From: Prorocentrum cordatum
Lineage: Eukaryota
Assembly (NCBI GenBank): GCA_963575745.1
Contig: CAUYUJ010000276.1
Span: 62,001-115,977 of the forward strand
Direction of reading: 5' to 3'
DNA: 53,977 nucleotides
The position numbers were made by a program, and so were the translations under genes. How positions within the stretch are numbered: the stretch's first letter is position 1; each line of letters begins with the position of its first letter. Below, one piece after another: positions 12,207-24,715 of the stretch. Below the pieces are notes generated by a model. It saw only the letters and a program-made list of their open reading frames with translations, made no database searches and had not been told where the DNA came from.

Positions 12207-12925
12207 TATGTCACTGCGTCGGCGTCCTCATTCCGACGCTCTTGGTTCTCACTCCGCTGCTGCTACTGTCCAGAGCCCCGTGGCCGTTCGAGTCAAGCGG
12301 GGGCGACAAGTTCCGGGCAGCCTGCCTCTGCGGGGCTCTTCAGCTCGCTTGCGCGGTGCTCTGCAGCATGCCTGTGCTGTGTATTCTGCTTGTGCGGCGC
12401 TCGTCAGCCTGCTTGCGCAGCACTCCACACGGAAAGGCTTCGAGCCCGAGAAGGGGGCAAACCATCGGAACATACGTAAAACCATTATATTCGAGCCACA
12501 GTAGAGGGGCAATATACGGAAACACACCGAGGACCACCACAACCATCATCACCATAAGCAGCATCAGCAATATCATACTCATCGCTTGCATCTGTGGGGC
12601 ATCCAGAAATCTACACACCTGAGTTGCTATTCGGGCGACTTGCTGGAATAAGGTTATACAGCAAGAGTTGCCTAAGGTCTGGCACGCCGTGCACCCCTGT
12701 GGCAAGCCAGCAGGGGGCGGCGGATCGAAAACGCCCACGGCGAATCATTACCGCCGCTTGCTTTTTAGAATACGCTTACGCGGCCAAACGTTGGGTCAAA
12801 CACTGGCCACGTCATTGGGACAATGCGTTCCCGCAACCGTTGTGGAACCCCTTCGAGGAACACGTGGGGGAGGGAGATGATGATGAAGAAAGGGAGGGCG
12901 AGGAGAGGAAGGAGATGAAGAATTA

Positions 12926-14170
12926 GGTGATTTCTTGGGAGATGCTGGCGTCATTCTTGACGCCTCTTCGAGGTTTCCTGGGGGCCTCTTCGAAGCCTCT
13001 TCGGGGCCTGATTGGGCCTCTTGGAGGCGTTTGGGGGCTTCGTGGGGGCCTCTTGGGCCGTCTTGGGGGCTTGGGGAAGCCGTTTGGAAGCCCTTTTGGG
13101 CCGTCCTGGGGCCTCCTTGGAGGCCTATTGGGCGATTTGGCAATCTTGGGGACTTCTCGAGCCGTCGGAGGGCCGTTCTGAAGCAAATGCGAAAATCCGC
13201 TAAAACAGCCCAAGGAAATCAATCGTGTTGGCCTCTTTGGGCCTTCCTGGCGGCCATTTTGGATGCGTCCTGGGCCATCTTCGGGGCCTTTTGGCGCGTT
13301 TCGTGGATCGTCTCGGGCTCTCTTGGACCATCTTGGCGGTCTTGGATGCATTGTGGGACCGTCTTGGAGGCCACCTTGAGGTCATCTTCGGTTCTCTTGG
13401 GGCCATCTTGCCCGTTTTGGAGGCATCTTGGAGAGGCCGTCTTGGGCCATCTTGGTCTTGGAGGCGATGTAGGCAATGGGTGGGCTTTTGATTTCGAGGG
13501 GCTTTTCGAGTGGCCGGCGGGTTGGGCCGACACCCCAGTGGGAGTTCTTTGAAAAGAACCAAGCAACACCAAACATTCAGCATGCCGTGGACCCCTTCAG
13601 AAAGCCACCGGGGTCGGCGGTTCTAGTGCCCATCCCGCCACCGCTCCTGGGTTGCAGGTCGGAGACATTTTGGATGCCTGTTGACATCTCTTGGCAGGTT
13701 TCTTGGGAGCCTCTTGAAGGCAGTTTTGGTTTGTATTTGGGCCCCTTGGGGGCCTGCTGGCGGTCTCGGGGCAGCGGGCTTGACATATCAGTTTGTGTTT
13801 CCCCTCTTGGGGCGCGTTGTCGGCCTTTTGGCCTCTCTAAGGCTGTCTTGGAGCCCTCTTGCGGGCCTCGTGGGCCGTCTTGGGGCGATCCCGGGATCCT
13901 GTGAGGCCGTGTCAGAGCGTCGGGATCCCGAGAAGGCGAGACCGCCACAGTCCTTCAAAAGCCATTGAAATATCAATGATGTTTGCCTCTTGGGGGCCCT
14001 TTCGTGGATCCTCTTAGAGCCCTCTAGGGGCGTCCTGGTGCTTCTTGGGCCGTCTTGCAGGCGGTTCGGATTGCTCTGCGGCCATCGTGGACCCTCTTGG
14101 AACGACTTGGCGGCCTTTGAGGACGCTCTTGGGCGGTCTTTTCATTTTCTGGCCCTTGGGAAAGTCATGC
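12926..14170. repeat. Degenerate TTGGGGCC/GTCTTGG-rich dispersed repeat family
   Basis: Recurrent CTTGG-GCC-TCTT subunits; related fragment at ~45160-45315. Confidence 0.75.
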
Positions 14171-14478
14171 GACAGTGCCCCGAGAGCGCCTGAAATTCGG
14201 GCTTGTGGGCTCCCGGTAGAACATGCTCACACTATCCAATACTCAATGCTGAGGGTCCTGAAGGACCTCAGGGCACTCCACTGCGTGCGGGTATTGTTAG
14301 CGAGATCGATGGATATATAGCCAGTGCGGTAGATGATGAGACCATTGTATGCACGTGCATATATGTATAGCTCCAGATTCCCCCATCAGAGCTTGCCTCT
14401 GTAGGGGTTCCAGCGGATTCATATGGTTAGGCGAGGTGTGTCACCGACTTCCGCGGCCCGCCCGGGTGCCTGGGTGCT

Positions 14479-14718
14479 TTATAGCCCTGTAGCTCCATAG
14501 CCAGATAGCCTTATAGCCCTATAGCCCTATAGCTTTGTAGCCCTATTGCCCCATAGCCCTGTAGCCAAATAGCGCTATAGCCTTACAGCCTTATAACCTT
14601 GTTGCCCTAGAGCCCTAGATCCCTAGAGCCCTATAGTTCTATAGCTCTATAGCCCTATGGCCCTATAGCCCTATAGCCTTGTAGCCCTATAACCCTAGAG
14701 CCCAATAGTCCTATAACC
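14479..14718. repeat. (TATAGCCC)n 8-bp satellite, left block
   Basis: Tandem degenerate TATAGCCC. Confidence 0.92.
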
Positions 14719-14741
14719 CCTTACCTATACGACCACCCTTC

Positions 14742-15916
14742 GGGTGATAAGGAGGTTCGGGGGGGAGGGGACAAAGTCGCACTCGATCGATCTCACTATC
14801 GATCTCACTCGATCGATCTCACTCGATCAATCTCACTATCGATCTCACAATCGATCTCATCATCGATCTCACTCGCCTGGTCTCACTCTCGATATCACCA
14901 TCGATCTCACAACCGATCTCACTATCGATCCCACTGTCGGTCTCACTATCGATCTCACTTTCGATCTCACTCGATGGATCTCACTGATCTCACACTCGAT
15001 CTCACTATCCCTCCAACTATCGATCTCAGTCGATTTGCATGTAGATTCGCATGTAGATTTGCATGTAGATTTGCATGTAGATTTGCATTGTCGATTGGCA
15101 TTTCGATTTGCATGTCGAATTGCATTTCGATTTGCACTTTCCAATTGCATTCTCGATTTGCATGTTGATTTGCATGTCGATTTGCATTAGATTTGCATGT
15201 CGGTTTGAATGTTCGATTTGCACTGTCGATTTGCATTGTCGATTTGCATGTCGAGTTCCATGTCGGTCTGCATTTCGATATGCATGTCGATTTTCATTTT
15301 CAATTTGCATGTCGGTTTGCATTTCGATTTGCATGTCGATTTGCATTTCGATTGCAGTTCGATTTTCATTTCGATTTGCATTTTCGATTTGCATTTTCGA
15401 TTTGCATTTATATTTGCATTTCGATTTGCATTGTCGATTTACATTTCGATTTGCATGTCGATTTGGAATTCGATTTGCATTTAGATTTGCATGCCGATTT
15501 GCATTGTCGATTTGCATTGTCGATTTGCATGTCGATTTGCATGTCGATTTGCATGTCGAGTTGCAGTTCGATTTGCATGCCGATTTGCATGCCGATTTGC
15601 ATTTCGGGACACCAGCGGGACACCGGCGGGACACCGCGGGGCCCCGGCCGCCCGGAAGGGAATCATTTGGTCCGGCCGCGCCTCAGCCACACAGGACACC
15701 AGCGGGACACAGGCGGGACACCGCGGGCCCCCGCCCGCCCGGAAGGGAGACATTTGGTCCGGCCGCGCCTCAGCGACAGAGGGACACTTTTCTCGCCCGC
15801 CCACGCAGCTTCGCCTCGCCCGCACGCACGGCACGCACGAACACGAAACCGAAATCGATTTCCCGGTAGGGGGCTCTCCGTTCCACTTCGATCTCGCCCC
15901 CTCACCTCCGATCGCC
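14742..15916. mobile_element. Non-autonomous element carrying GATCTCACT (14782-15030) and TCGATTTGCAT (15031-15605) arrays, inserted in the TATAGCCC satellite
   Basis: Imperfect terminal inverted repeat GGTGATAAGGAGGT / ACCTCCGATCGCC; the GC-rich right end (CGGGACA repeats, ACCGAAA.CGATTTCCCGGTAGGG) recurs at ~25600-25870. Confidence 0.55.
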
Positions 15917-16197
15917 TATAGCCGAATAGCCCTATAGCCCTATATACCTATAGCCCTATAGCCCTATGGTCCTATAGCCCTATAGCCCTGTAGACTCATT
16001 GTCCTATGGCCCTATAGCCCTCCAGCCCCATAGCCCCAGAGCCTCATAGCCCTACAGCCCTATAACCCTATGGCCCTAGAGTCCTATAGCCCTATGACCA
16101 TATAGACCTATAGCCCTATGGCCATATAGGCCTATAGCCCCATAGCCCTATAGCCCCATAGCCCCATCGCCATATAGCCCAATAGCCCCGTAGCGCC
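15917..16197. repeat. (TATAGCCC)n 8-bp satellite, right block
   Basis: Same unit and orientation as the left block. Confidence 0.92.
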
Positions 16198-18473
16198 TTA
16201 AAAAGACGTTGATTGGGGCTTTTCTCCGGTGCCATATGTATATATATACATATATATATATATATATAGATATTATGTTATAGGGATTTGTTGCGAAAAC
16301 GGTTCGGCGCCAATCGCAAGCCGAAAGTTGCACCCATCCACCCCCGACGTCCTTATCACCCGAAGTGTGGTCTTGTTGGCATGATGAGGACCGAGCTGGG
16401 ATCAATCGCGGATCTCCACGAGCTGACGGCTCTGGGGATGTGTCGGGCGCCGCGACCATTCCTTGAGCGCTGCGGCGCGTTCTTTGGGCAGTCTGGGCCG
16501 TTCTGCAACGATGTATGTTCTATCACCGCCTCAGGCCTGCCCGAGAGGGGCAGGTGGCCATGTTCTGCCCACCCGCCGCGCAAGACCCTCAACCCAAGGG
16601 AGCGCGCTGCAACGAGCCGCAAGTGAGTGTCCATGGGCGCTGTTAGATTTAAGGCGACGAGCTAGCGACCTGCCTCGCACACCCTGCACTGCAGGCCGCG
16701 GGCGCCAGGCCCAGTGTTCCCGTGCTCCCTGGGGGCCCCGCCTCGCGTCGACGAGTGGCGACTGCATGCCCCGCAGCCGCCAGGGCCTCAAGGTTGCCGG
16801 TGCGCCTTGGGGAGCCCGCCTCGCGCTCTCATCGCTCGAACTTGGCATCGCCCGGACGTGTGCACTGCTCCCCGGCGAGGGCCACGGAGGAGCCTGTTGG
16901 ATCAACCGGCGACAGGATGCACGCACGGGGTCGAGAGGTGGACGGGGCATGGACGTCCGAGCGACGGCGAGTCGAAGCGAACCGAGTCGGCTTTTCGCCG
17001 CTGGGGATGCCTCGTGTTTTTTTGTTGGGGGGGGCTTTCGACCAGGGGGGGGGGGTGCAGCGGCGTGCGGCAGGATCAGGAGGCGGGGGCGGGCGAGGCG
17101 GCGGGGGCGGGGGCGGCGGCGGAGGCCAGGAGGAAGGGGAGGAGGGGGAAGAGGAGGGCGAGCAGGAGGAGCCCAGGAGGGGAGCCCAGGAGGGGAGCCC
17201 CAGGAGGGGGCCCCCGGGGAGGGGGGCCCCAGGAGGGGACCCGAGAAGGAGCCCAGGAGGGGCCCCCGGAGGGGCCCCCCGGGCAGGAGCCCCGGGGGGG
17301 CTTCGCAGGAGGGAGCCCGAACACGCGGCCGCACGCCCAGCGTGCTCGGCAGTGCTCCGCGGCTCTCGCCCTCTGCTGCGTGGCGCCGCCCGGCCCCCCG
17401 TCGGATGAGCATAGGACGAGTATCGACTAGACGTACCTCCTCCTCCTCCTCCTCCTCCTCCTCCTCCTCTCTCTCCTCCCAACTCTTCCTCCAAACTCCT
17501 CTTTCTCTCCCCCCCATCCTCTCCAACTCACCTCCTCTCTTCTCCTCCTCCTCTTCTTTATCCCTCCTCCTCCTCTCCTCCTTCCAAACTCCATCTCCAA
17601 CTCCAACTCCAACTCCAATGCGCCAAACTCAAACTCCAAACTCCTCCTCCTCCTCCTCCTCCTCCTCCTCCTCCTCCTCCTCCTCCTCCTCCTCCTCCTC
17701 CTCCTCCTCTTCTCATCCTCCTCCTCATCAGTGGCTCTTCGCCGGAGTGACCTGTGGTGCGGGCCCAATGGGGCCCCCCGATCGCCGAACGCGATTGCGG
17801 TAGTCGCGTTTTGCGCGCTCGTGTGTTGGTTCCCCCGCGGCCTCCAAAAAGCCTTCGCACCAAAGGTCGCTCTTACCCAGGGTCACTCTCGCGTGGAGTC
17901 GAGAGGACAAAGCCGTTCCAGAGCGCTCCAGAGCGTTCCGGGAACGCTCTGAGACGGCCGCGGCGCCCGAGGCATCCTCCAGAGTTGCGGGATCTCAGAG
18001 CTTCTCGATGGATCCTCACCCGATCTAACTAGTCCTCGCCCTGGCTTCCTCTCAACCCGGCGCGGCTCGCTGCTGCGCTCCCCGCGCAGGCCGAGGCGCC
18101 CAGCGGCGCCTGTCCGGCGGCCTCGGGCGGCGCGGGGTGCCCGGAGCTCGGGGGAGGGAGGGGTGGTGGCGCCGCTGCCGGTCCGAGGTGTTTCGCCCCG
18201 TTGGGGGTCTCCCGGGAGGCCCTCGTCGCCACGGCCAGGCTCGCCCCGAAGCTCTGGTCGGAGCGCACCCCGCAATTTCTCTGCGGGGAAAACATACAAA
18301 GAAACACACAAAAATTATCCCGGCGAAGCAACCTAACAGCGATGTGTAGGAGCATATCTGGAAGCATTCCCCTTCAGATTCAGATGAGAATCCAGTTGTA
18401 GAATTCTGCTGTTCTCGCAGTCGTAGTCGCATTCGCGATGCAGTCGTCGTGGCAACGGCAGTCGCAGTCACAG

Positions 18474-18797
18474 CCTCAGCCTCAGCCTGCCTCAGCCTCA
18501 GCCTCAGCCTGCCTCAGCTCAGCTGCCTCTGCCTCAGCCTCAGCTGCTCAGCCTCAAGCCTCAGTCTGGCTTCTAGCCTCGGCCTCAGCCTCAGCCTGGC
18601 ATCAGCCTCCAGCCGCATCAGCCTCAGCCTCAGCCTCAGCCTGCCTCAGCATCTGCCTCCTCAGCCTCAGCCTCAGCCGTGCCTTGCCTCCTGCCTCAGT
18701 CTGCTTCAGCCTCAGCCTCAGTCTGCCTTCAGCCTCGGCCTCAGCCTCAGCCTGCTAGCTCAGCCTGCCTCGGCCGCTGCATCAGCCTTGCCTCAGA
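18474..18797. repeat. (CCTCAG)n hexamer satellite
   Basis: Tandem CCTCAG with variants. Confidence 0.92.
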
Positions 18798-19233
18798 CAT
18801 TCAAAATGTGCCCAGGATGAGAATCTGGGTTCTGGGAAACTAGAAGAACACGAGGTTGGCCTACAGTTGGCTCGGGCATTCAAAATCATGCCAGGAATGG
18901 AGTTCTGGAAACTTGAAGGAGCACGATAGTGGCACTATCGTTGGCTCCCGGGCATTCAAAATGTTGGGCCCTCGGGTGGATATGGAGTTCTGGGAACTCG
19001 AAGACCGAATTGGCTACCAGTTTGGTTCCGGGAATCCAAAATGTTCGCCGGGAATGGAGTTCTGGGAACTCGAAGACCACGAAGTGGCCTACAGTTGGCT
19101 CCGGGCATCCAAAATGTACGCCGGGAATGGAGTTCTAGGAACTCGAAGACCACGAAGTGGCCTACAGTTGGTTCCGGGCATCCCAATGTACGCCGGTTCC
19201 GGGCATCCCAATGTACGCCGGGAATGGAGTTCT
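18798..19233. repeat. ~73-bp minisatellite, about 5-6 degenerate units
   Basis: GGAATGGAGTTCT at ~18894, 19051, 19124, 19221, with GAACTCGAAGACCACGAAGTGGCCTACAGTTGG in the best units. Confidence 0.85.
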
Positions 19234-19517
19234 AGCAGCGCCAAGAGCGATTTGCGAGGATGTCCCAAGCGATTGGGGCTTCGACGGCAGCCGCGCCGGG
19301 TCCCGCCCCGGGTCCCGCCCCGACCCCCCTGAGGAGTCATGATGCTCTCTTTTGACCCCACTAGAAACCTATCAGTCTTCGCTGTTAAATAAAAAAACAC
19401 ACACTGTGGGAAAAAAGCACGAGCAAAAAACATAAACACACACACACACACAGTGTATGTGTGTGTGTGTTTTTCCTACAGATCCGCCGTGAGGCACCCT
19501 AGACGATGCGCAGAGGT

Positions 19518-19550
19518 ATGGCGGCGACGTCAGCCTCGGAAGAGGTCCAG
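19518..19550 (+). CDS. Possible first coding exon (MAATSASEEVQ) of the SDR gene
   Basis: ATG at 19518, CAG|GTGAGA donor in phase 0 with the exon at 19722, upstream TTTTCCTACAG acceptor ending 19481. No homology support. Confidence 0.3.
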
Positions 19551-19721
19551 GTGAGATTTCCGTGAAGGCATGGCGGACACAGCGACGGCAAGGTAGGGCT
19601 GACATCGGAATCGAAGGATCTTGAAAAGCTGGGCGATCATTCCCCCCCTACTTACGAGATCGCCCAAAGTACGGCGGATCCGAAGTCAGGGTAGCAGCAT
19701 CGGTACGCTGCTGCTCCCCCA

Positions 19722-19856
19722 GGAGCCCAAGCACGCGGCTTGCGACTCGGAGGCGGCGAGGGTACGAGTCTTGGTGACGGGCGCGACGGGCATGATCGGC
19801 AGCAACGTCGCCCGGGCGCTCGCGCAGGAGCCGTGCACGGAGATCTTCATCCTGAC
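19722..19856 (+). CDS. RMD/GMD-like extended SDR, exon A (Rossmann fold)
   Basis: CCCCAG acceptor; EPKHAACDSEAARVRVLVTGATGMIGSNVARALAQEPCTEIFIL(T) contains TGxxGxxG; GC donor. Confidence 0.88.
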
Positions 19857-21039
19857 GCGACGGCCCCAGCGGGTGCCCCCTGACTCTGGATCCTCTGTGC
19901 TCTGGGGCACGAGGCGAGGCGGGTCGCGGAGGAGCCAAGCAATCACGTACAGGCACAGGCGGAAAGGAATCGCAGTGCGGCCGCCTGCTTCGGCGACTTT
20001 TGAGAGTTCCACATGCTCACACACACAAACAAACAAACGAGCAAACAAACAAACAAACAAACAAACACGCAGGACGTCCACCGACGCATGCATGGCGGCG
20101 GTCTGCCTAGTAGCGTTCCCGCTGTCACTCCCCCTCGTGTCCTGGGGGCGCCTCTCGCCTGAGTGGCGCGTGTTGCCCAGCATCGCGGAGACCACGAGCA
20201 ACACACGCAGGACGTCCGTGGACGGCAGGTCTACGGGCGATCTCGAGCACTGCCCACGGTCGCCTTCTGCCCCCCCAGACCCAGCTCCCCGCAATCCCTG
20301 GGCGGCTGCCTTCGGCGCCCTCCGCGGAGCAGAGCGACGCGCCATCCGCCTGCTGGGCATGGCGTGTCGCTGGGGCCACCCTGGGGACACGCTGAGCAAA
20401 AAATCTCGACCGCACGGGAGGGGGTCCAGCGCCGTCGGAGCTCCGCCGTGCGCGGACAACCGAAGTTTCTGTTCGTATGCTGCGCGCGACCACTCCGCGT
20501 GGCTCCTCCTGGAGCCCGGGGCCGCCACCACAGCGCGCGAGCTGCTGCATGCTCTGGGCGCGGCCTGCTCCCTTGTCCTCCTCCTCCTCCTCCTCCTCCT
20601 CCTCCTCCTCCTCCTCCTCCTCCTCCTCCTCCTCCTCCTCCTCCGTTGGCACGGGTGCACACCCTGCTCTGCCGCGCCCCGGCTGCTGCCACACGGCGCG
20701 CCCCGGCGAGGGCCTCGCCGTCGAGGCATCGACGGCGTTGGCACCGCGTCCTCGGCGGAAGACCGGCAGAGGGCGGCGGCAGCAGCACGAGGGCGGCCCC
20801 GCCGGCGCGGGCCGGCAGAAGTCAGAGCCGCACCCCCACGAGATGACAGTGTCGGGGGGCTCGGGGCTGCCGAGGCCGGCCACGCGGTGGGTGCCCTCGC
20901 GTCGCCGCCGGCAGCAAGGCCTGTCGTGTGCCCCAGCCGCCCTCGCGATGCCGGGGGCCGGCCAGGCAGCCCCTCGCTTCGCAGGGGTCCAGCAGCACGT
21001 TGCGGTCACCGTATGGGGCAGCATGGCAAGATTCAGTAC

Positions 21040-21203
21040 CGTTTCACCGATCCCCATCCCCATCCCGATCCCCAGCGTCCCACCGCCCCAGTTGGGGATA
21101 TGCCCCTCGAAACCCGAAGGGAACAGCCTGTGTTCCTATCTAGGGGGGTAAATCGGCCAGTGGGGCCCAGGCCACGCCAGTGGGGATGGGTATCGGTGAA
21201 TCG
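21040..21203. mobile_element. MITE-like element, ~20-bp TIR
   Basis: TTCACCGATCCCCATCCCCA ... TGGGGATGGGTATCGGTGAA. Confidence 0.7.
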
Positions 21204-22268
21204 ATGCGCAGAGATGGAATATGAACCGTCCACGGCACGTGCACGAGCTTAGCACCATCACCCTTGAGGCCTATCTAGACCTCGACCCCTCACACGGCAC
21301 ATGCGATATGACTGGGCAGAGGTATCATTTTTCCCCCCCAGCACGCGGTCGGGATCCGTCCCCCAGCGACGGGGCGAGGCCGAGCACGAGCGAGAGCAGG
21401 CATGCGAGGGGCGCACCCGATGCGCCACGATGCGCCGCTGTCGGCTGCTGCCTCCCGCGAAGCGGCGGGCCCGCGCACCCACATCGCGTGTCGCGCCGCG
21501 GGCTCTGGCCCGCCACGCTGCGGCGCGACACGCTATCCACTTCCCGGTCCCGAGGCGTCACTGTCCCGAGCTGGTCCCCAGCCTCCTCCTCCTCCTCCTC
21601 CTCCTCCTCCTCCTCCTCCTCCTCCTCCTCCTCCTCCTCAGGGCCCCGCCCCGCGGAGCGGAGCGGCACGATATATCCGCTCGCAGGGCACAGCGTGTCG
21701 CCGAGGCCGCCGTGCCGTGGCGACACGCTGTCCAAGAGTTCCCGACCGTACAGTGCCGTTTTTAATGCATGTTCCGCGTGCGGATCATGTATTCAAAATG
21801 CGGTGATTTAACACAAAAAATAACGATGAGTTTATGCATTAATTCATTCCTAAATTAGTCATGTATTAAAATCCTATATTTAAAAAATCCACGTCGGTCG
21901 GCTCGGCGAGAGCTTCCTTGATAGGGGTCGGCACCCGCGAGCTGCCCGAGCTCGGTCATCGACAGGGGTCAGCGAAGATTTCAGGGACCCGTCTACTGTT
22001 CAGTCGGGCATAGTCAGAAATAGTAGAAAATGATATGGGGACGATTTCTTTATATGTTCGACTATGTTTCAATATGTTTTGAGTCGTTGTTCTGCCCAAA
22101 ATCCCTCTGTAGGGGGACATGCCCGACCGAAGTCCACTGTGTGTCAGTACTGCTGGCATGTCGGGCGATCACGGAGCCTTGGTCGAGCACGCCACGCCGG
22201 TGGCTATGGTCTCCTGCACCGAGTGCCTGGACATGCAGATCGCAGCCTGCACGTTCCTCCCCAAAGGC

Positions 22269-22431
22269 TTAAGTCGGGCCTGTCCCTTCATAGGAGGAAC
22301 ATTCAAAAATTGTCAAAGCATCGTCTCGGGACGATATGTTGATTATCTTATGGGCTATTCGGGAATCCGTTTTGAGTCTGTTTACTTTTTCGTCGCCCAA
22401 ACCCGCCCGTAGGAGGACATGCCCGACCTAA
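22269..22431. mobile_element. MITE family A (~160 bp); other copies 21999-22131, 39339-39506, 42540-42680, 43986-44159, 44899-45057, 45650-45976, 53246-53406
   Basis: TIR consensus TTAAGTCGGGCMTGTCCYYCTACAGG ... CCTGTAGRRGGACATGCCCGACYTAA with an AT-rich interior containing GGGACGATTT; both orientations present. Confidence 0.85.
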
Positions 22432-23045
22432 CCCAATGCTCTGGATAAGACTCAGTGAGGAGGTCCGTCGCACTCGTGGCCAGGGCCACGCCATGTCCCT
22501 CAGCGCGACAACGCCGGCACAGGCGATGGCCCAACCATCGAGGTCACACGGCGCCGGTAATGCTCGGAGGGCCTCGGGGGCCTCCTGCCCGAAGGCGGTG
22601 CTGCACGCCGACGCCGCGCCGCCACCCGGCGGCGAGCCGGGGCGGGCCTTCTCGAGAAGGCTCGGAGGGCCTCGGGAGCCTCCTGCGCGGAGGCGGTGCT
22701 GCATGCCGACGTCGCCGCCACTCGGCGGCGAGCCGGGGGCGGGGGCGGGGAGCGATCGCGCGGGGGCGGGCCTCCAGGAGGGCCTCGCGCCCGAGGAGGC
22801 ATGCCGAGACTGCCCGGGAGGCCGGAGGGCGTCCGCGGCGTCCTGCCCGCCTCCCGCTGGGGAGGCCTGTCCCCGCCCGCGCCCCCCCTCCTCCTTCTCG
22901 CTCCTCCTCCTCCTCCTCCTCCTCCCTCCTCCTCCTCCTCTCCTCCTCCTCCCCCTCCTCCTCCTCCCCCTCCTCCTCATCCGCCCTCCTCCTCCCTCTT
23001 CCTCCTTTTTCTTATTATGTTGCTTCATATGTTTCTTCCGATGTT

Positions 23046-23077
23046 TATAAGTATTGGTATTATCATTATTAGTATGA

Positions 23078-23120
<43 letters not shown>

Positions 23121-23722
23121 TTATTATTATTATTATATTTATTATTATTATCAGTATTATTATTGTGATTATTATTAATATTATTGTTATTATTATTATT
23201 AGTAGTAATATTAATAGTTTTATTATTATTAGTAGTTATATTAGTATTGTGATTATTATTGTTATTATTATTAGAAGTATTAGTATTATTATCATTATTA
23301 TTGTTATTCTCATTATTAGTATTATTAGTAGTAGTCGCATTAGTATTATTATTGTTTATTGTTATTACTATTACTCATATTATTAGTTTCATTTTAAAAT
23401 TAGTATTAATATTATGAATGTTATTATTAGTATTAGTATTCTGAGTATTATGACTATGTTTAGTAGTATCATTAATATTAGTGTGGTGCTTATTCATAAT
23501 ACTACTATGATTATGTTTCATTTGTAGTATTACCATTATTGTTGTTGCTACTATTATTATTTTTATTATTATTATTAGTATGAGTATTGTTGTTGGTATT
23601 AGTATTAGTATCAGTATGAGTACTATTAATATGATTTGTAGCATCATTCGTATCATTCGTATTATTATACTATTGTTAGTTGTATTACTAGTATCAGTAT
23701 TATTAGTGTTACTTTTCTTAAT
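23046..23722. repeat. (TAT/TAG)n AT-rich microsatellite
   Basis: Degenerate TAT trinucleotide tract. Confidence 0.95.
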
Positions 23723-24609
23723 AAGTTTTGTTCTTCTACGTCTTCCTCCTCATCGCGGGGGCGGCCTCGTGCCGAGGGGCCGCAGAGCAGCCCCTTGGCC
23801 CAGCCCCCGACGTCCGCCAGCAGGAGCTGCTCGAGCCGCGGCCCCACGGGTCCCGACCGCCTCCCCCGGGGGGGGTGTCTCTGCGTCCCGGCGCCGTGCT
23901 CGATGGTCCTGCCGGACGAGGAGCTCTTTCGGGGGCGGCAAAGAGGGGGGTGATGACTAGGGGGGGGGACATCATGGCGGGGGCCATGACATTTCCTCAG
24001 ATTTCATGGCGCCTCTTCTTATTCCCTCACGTCCCTGGCCCCCCCGCTGGGCCGCGCACATGCCGCCGGCCATGATTTGCACCCCCCCCTCTCTTGGACA
24101 TCCCCCTCCTGGCCGCTCCCGAGAGGAGCTCTTCCGCGCCCGAGCGCTCTTCCCTCCCCCTCCCCTTCGCGCGGCTTCCCTCGTCCTTGTCCCTCCCGTG
24201 CACCCCCGAGCTGCCGCACGCTGGTAGGGGACTGCACCTGCCTCGCCGCCGACGCAGAACGAGTGCTTGCTGCTCCTGGGGGCACGAGGAGGGCCCCCCC
24301 GAGGGGCGAAGTCGAGACTCGCAGCGCCGGTTGACAAAGCCAAATCGCCAGAGGTTTTTGCGGACTGCCACGGATGGGGAGGAGGGCGAGGACGAGGGCG
24401 ACGGGGACGTGGTGGCTTTCAGTTCCCGCTTCGGTTCCTGACTTCTCCCCTGGGCCCCTGGAGGCCTGAGGGGACCCCGCGAGTTCCAGTGGCCAAGTAG
24501 AGGCTAAGCACGCCCTCGATGTTCCGAATCACGGTCACAAGCGTCCCCCCCTCCATCCTCGAGTGCAAGGGGGCAAAGTTCAGCGCGAGGAGGGCATGGA
24601 GAAACCGAG

Positions 24610-24715
24610 GCGGTGGCGTTCGAATCTGCACAACCTGCAGGGGCTGATTGGCAGAATGACCCTCGTGCAGGGGGACCTGACAGACGCGTTCCGGATCCGC
24701 GACCTCGTCCGGCAG
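24610..24715 (+). CDS. RMD/GMD-like SDR, exon B
   Basis: AG acceptor; RWRSNLHNLQGLIGRMTLVQGDLTDAFRIRDLVRQ (GDLTD motif); GA donor. Confidence 0.9.

Larger units (their letters stand above)
3100..12215 (-). mobile_element. Non-LTR retrotransposon (LINE), near full length, inactivated
   Basis: Contiguous minus-strand ORF1 followed by ORF2 with APE, RT, CCHC-like finger and RNase H motifs. Candidate 15-bp direct repeat GCGTCGGCGTCCTCA at 3085-3099 and 12216-12230. The 5' boundary could extend to ~12480. Confidence 0.92.

Noticed and set aside
14479..16197. Telomeric repeat
   Set aside because: The unit TATAGCCC differs from TTTAGGG/TTAGGG and the array is interstitial and degenerate.
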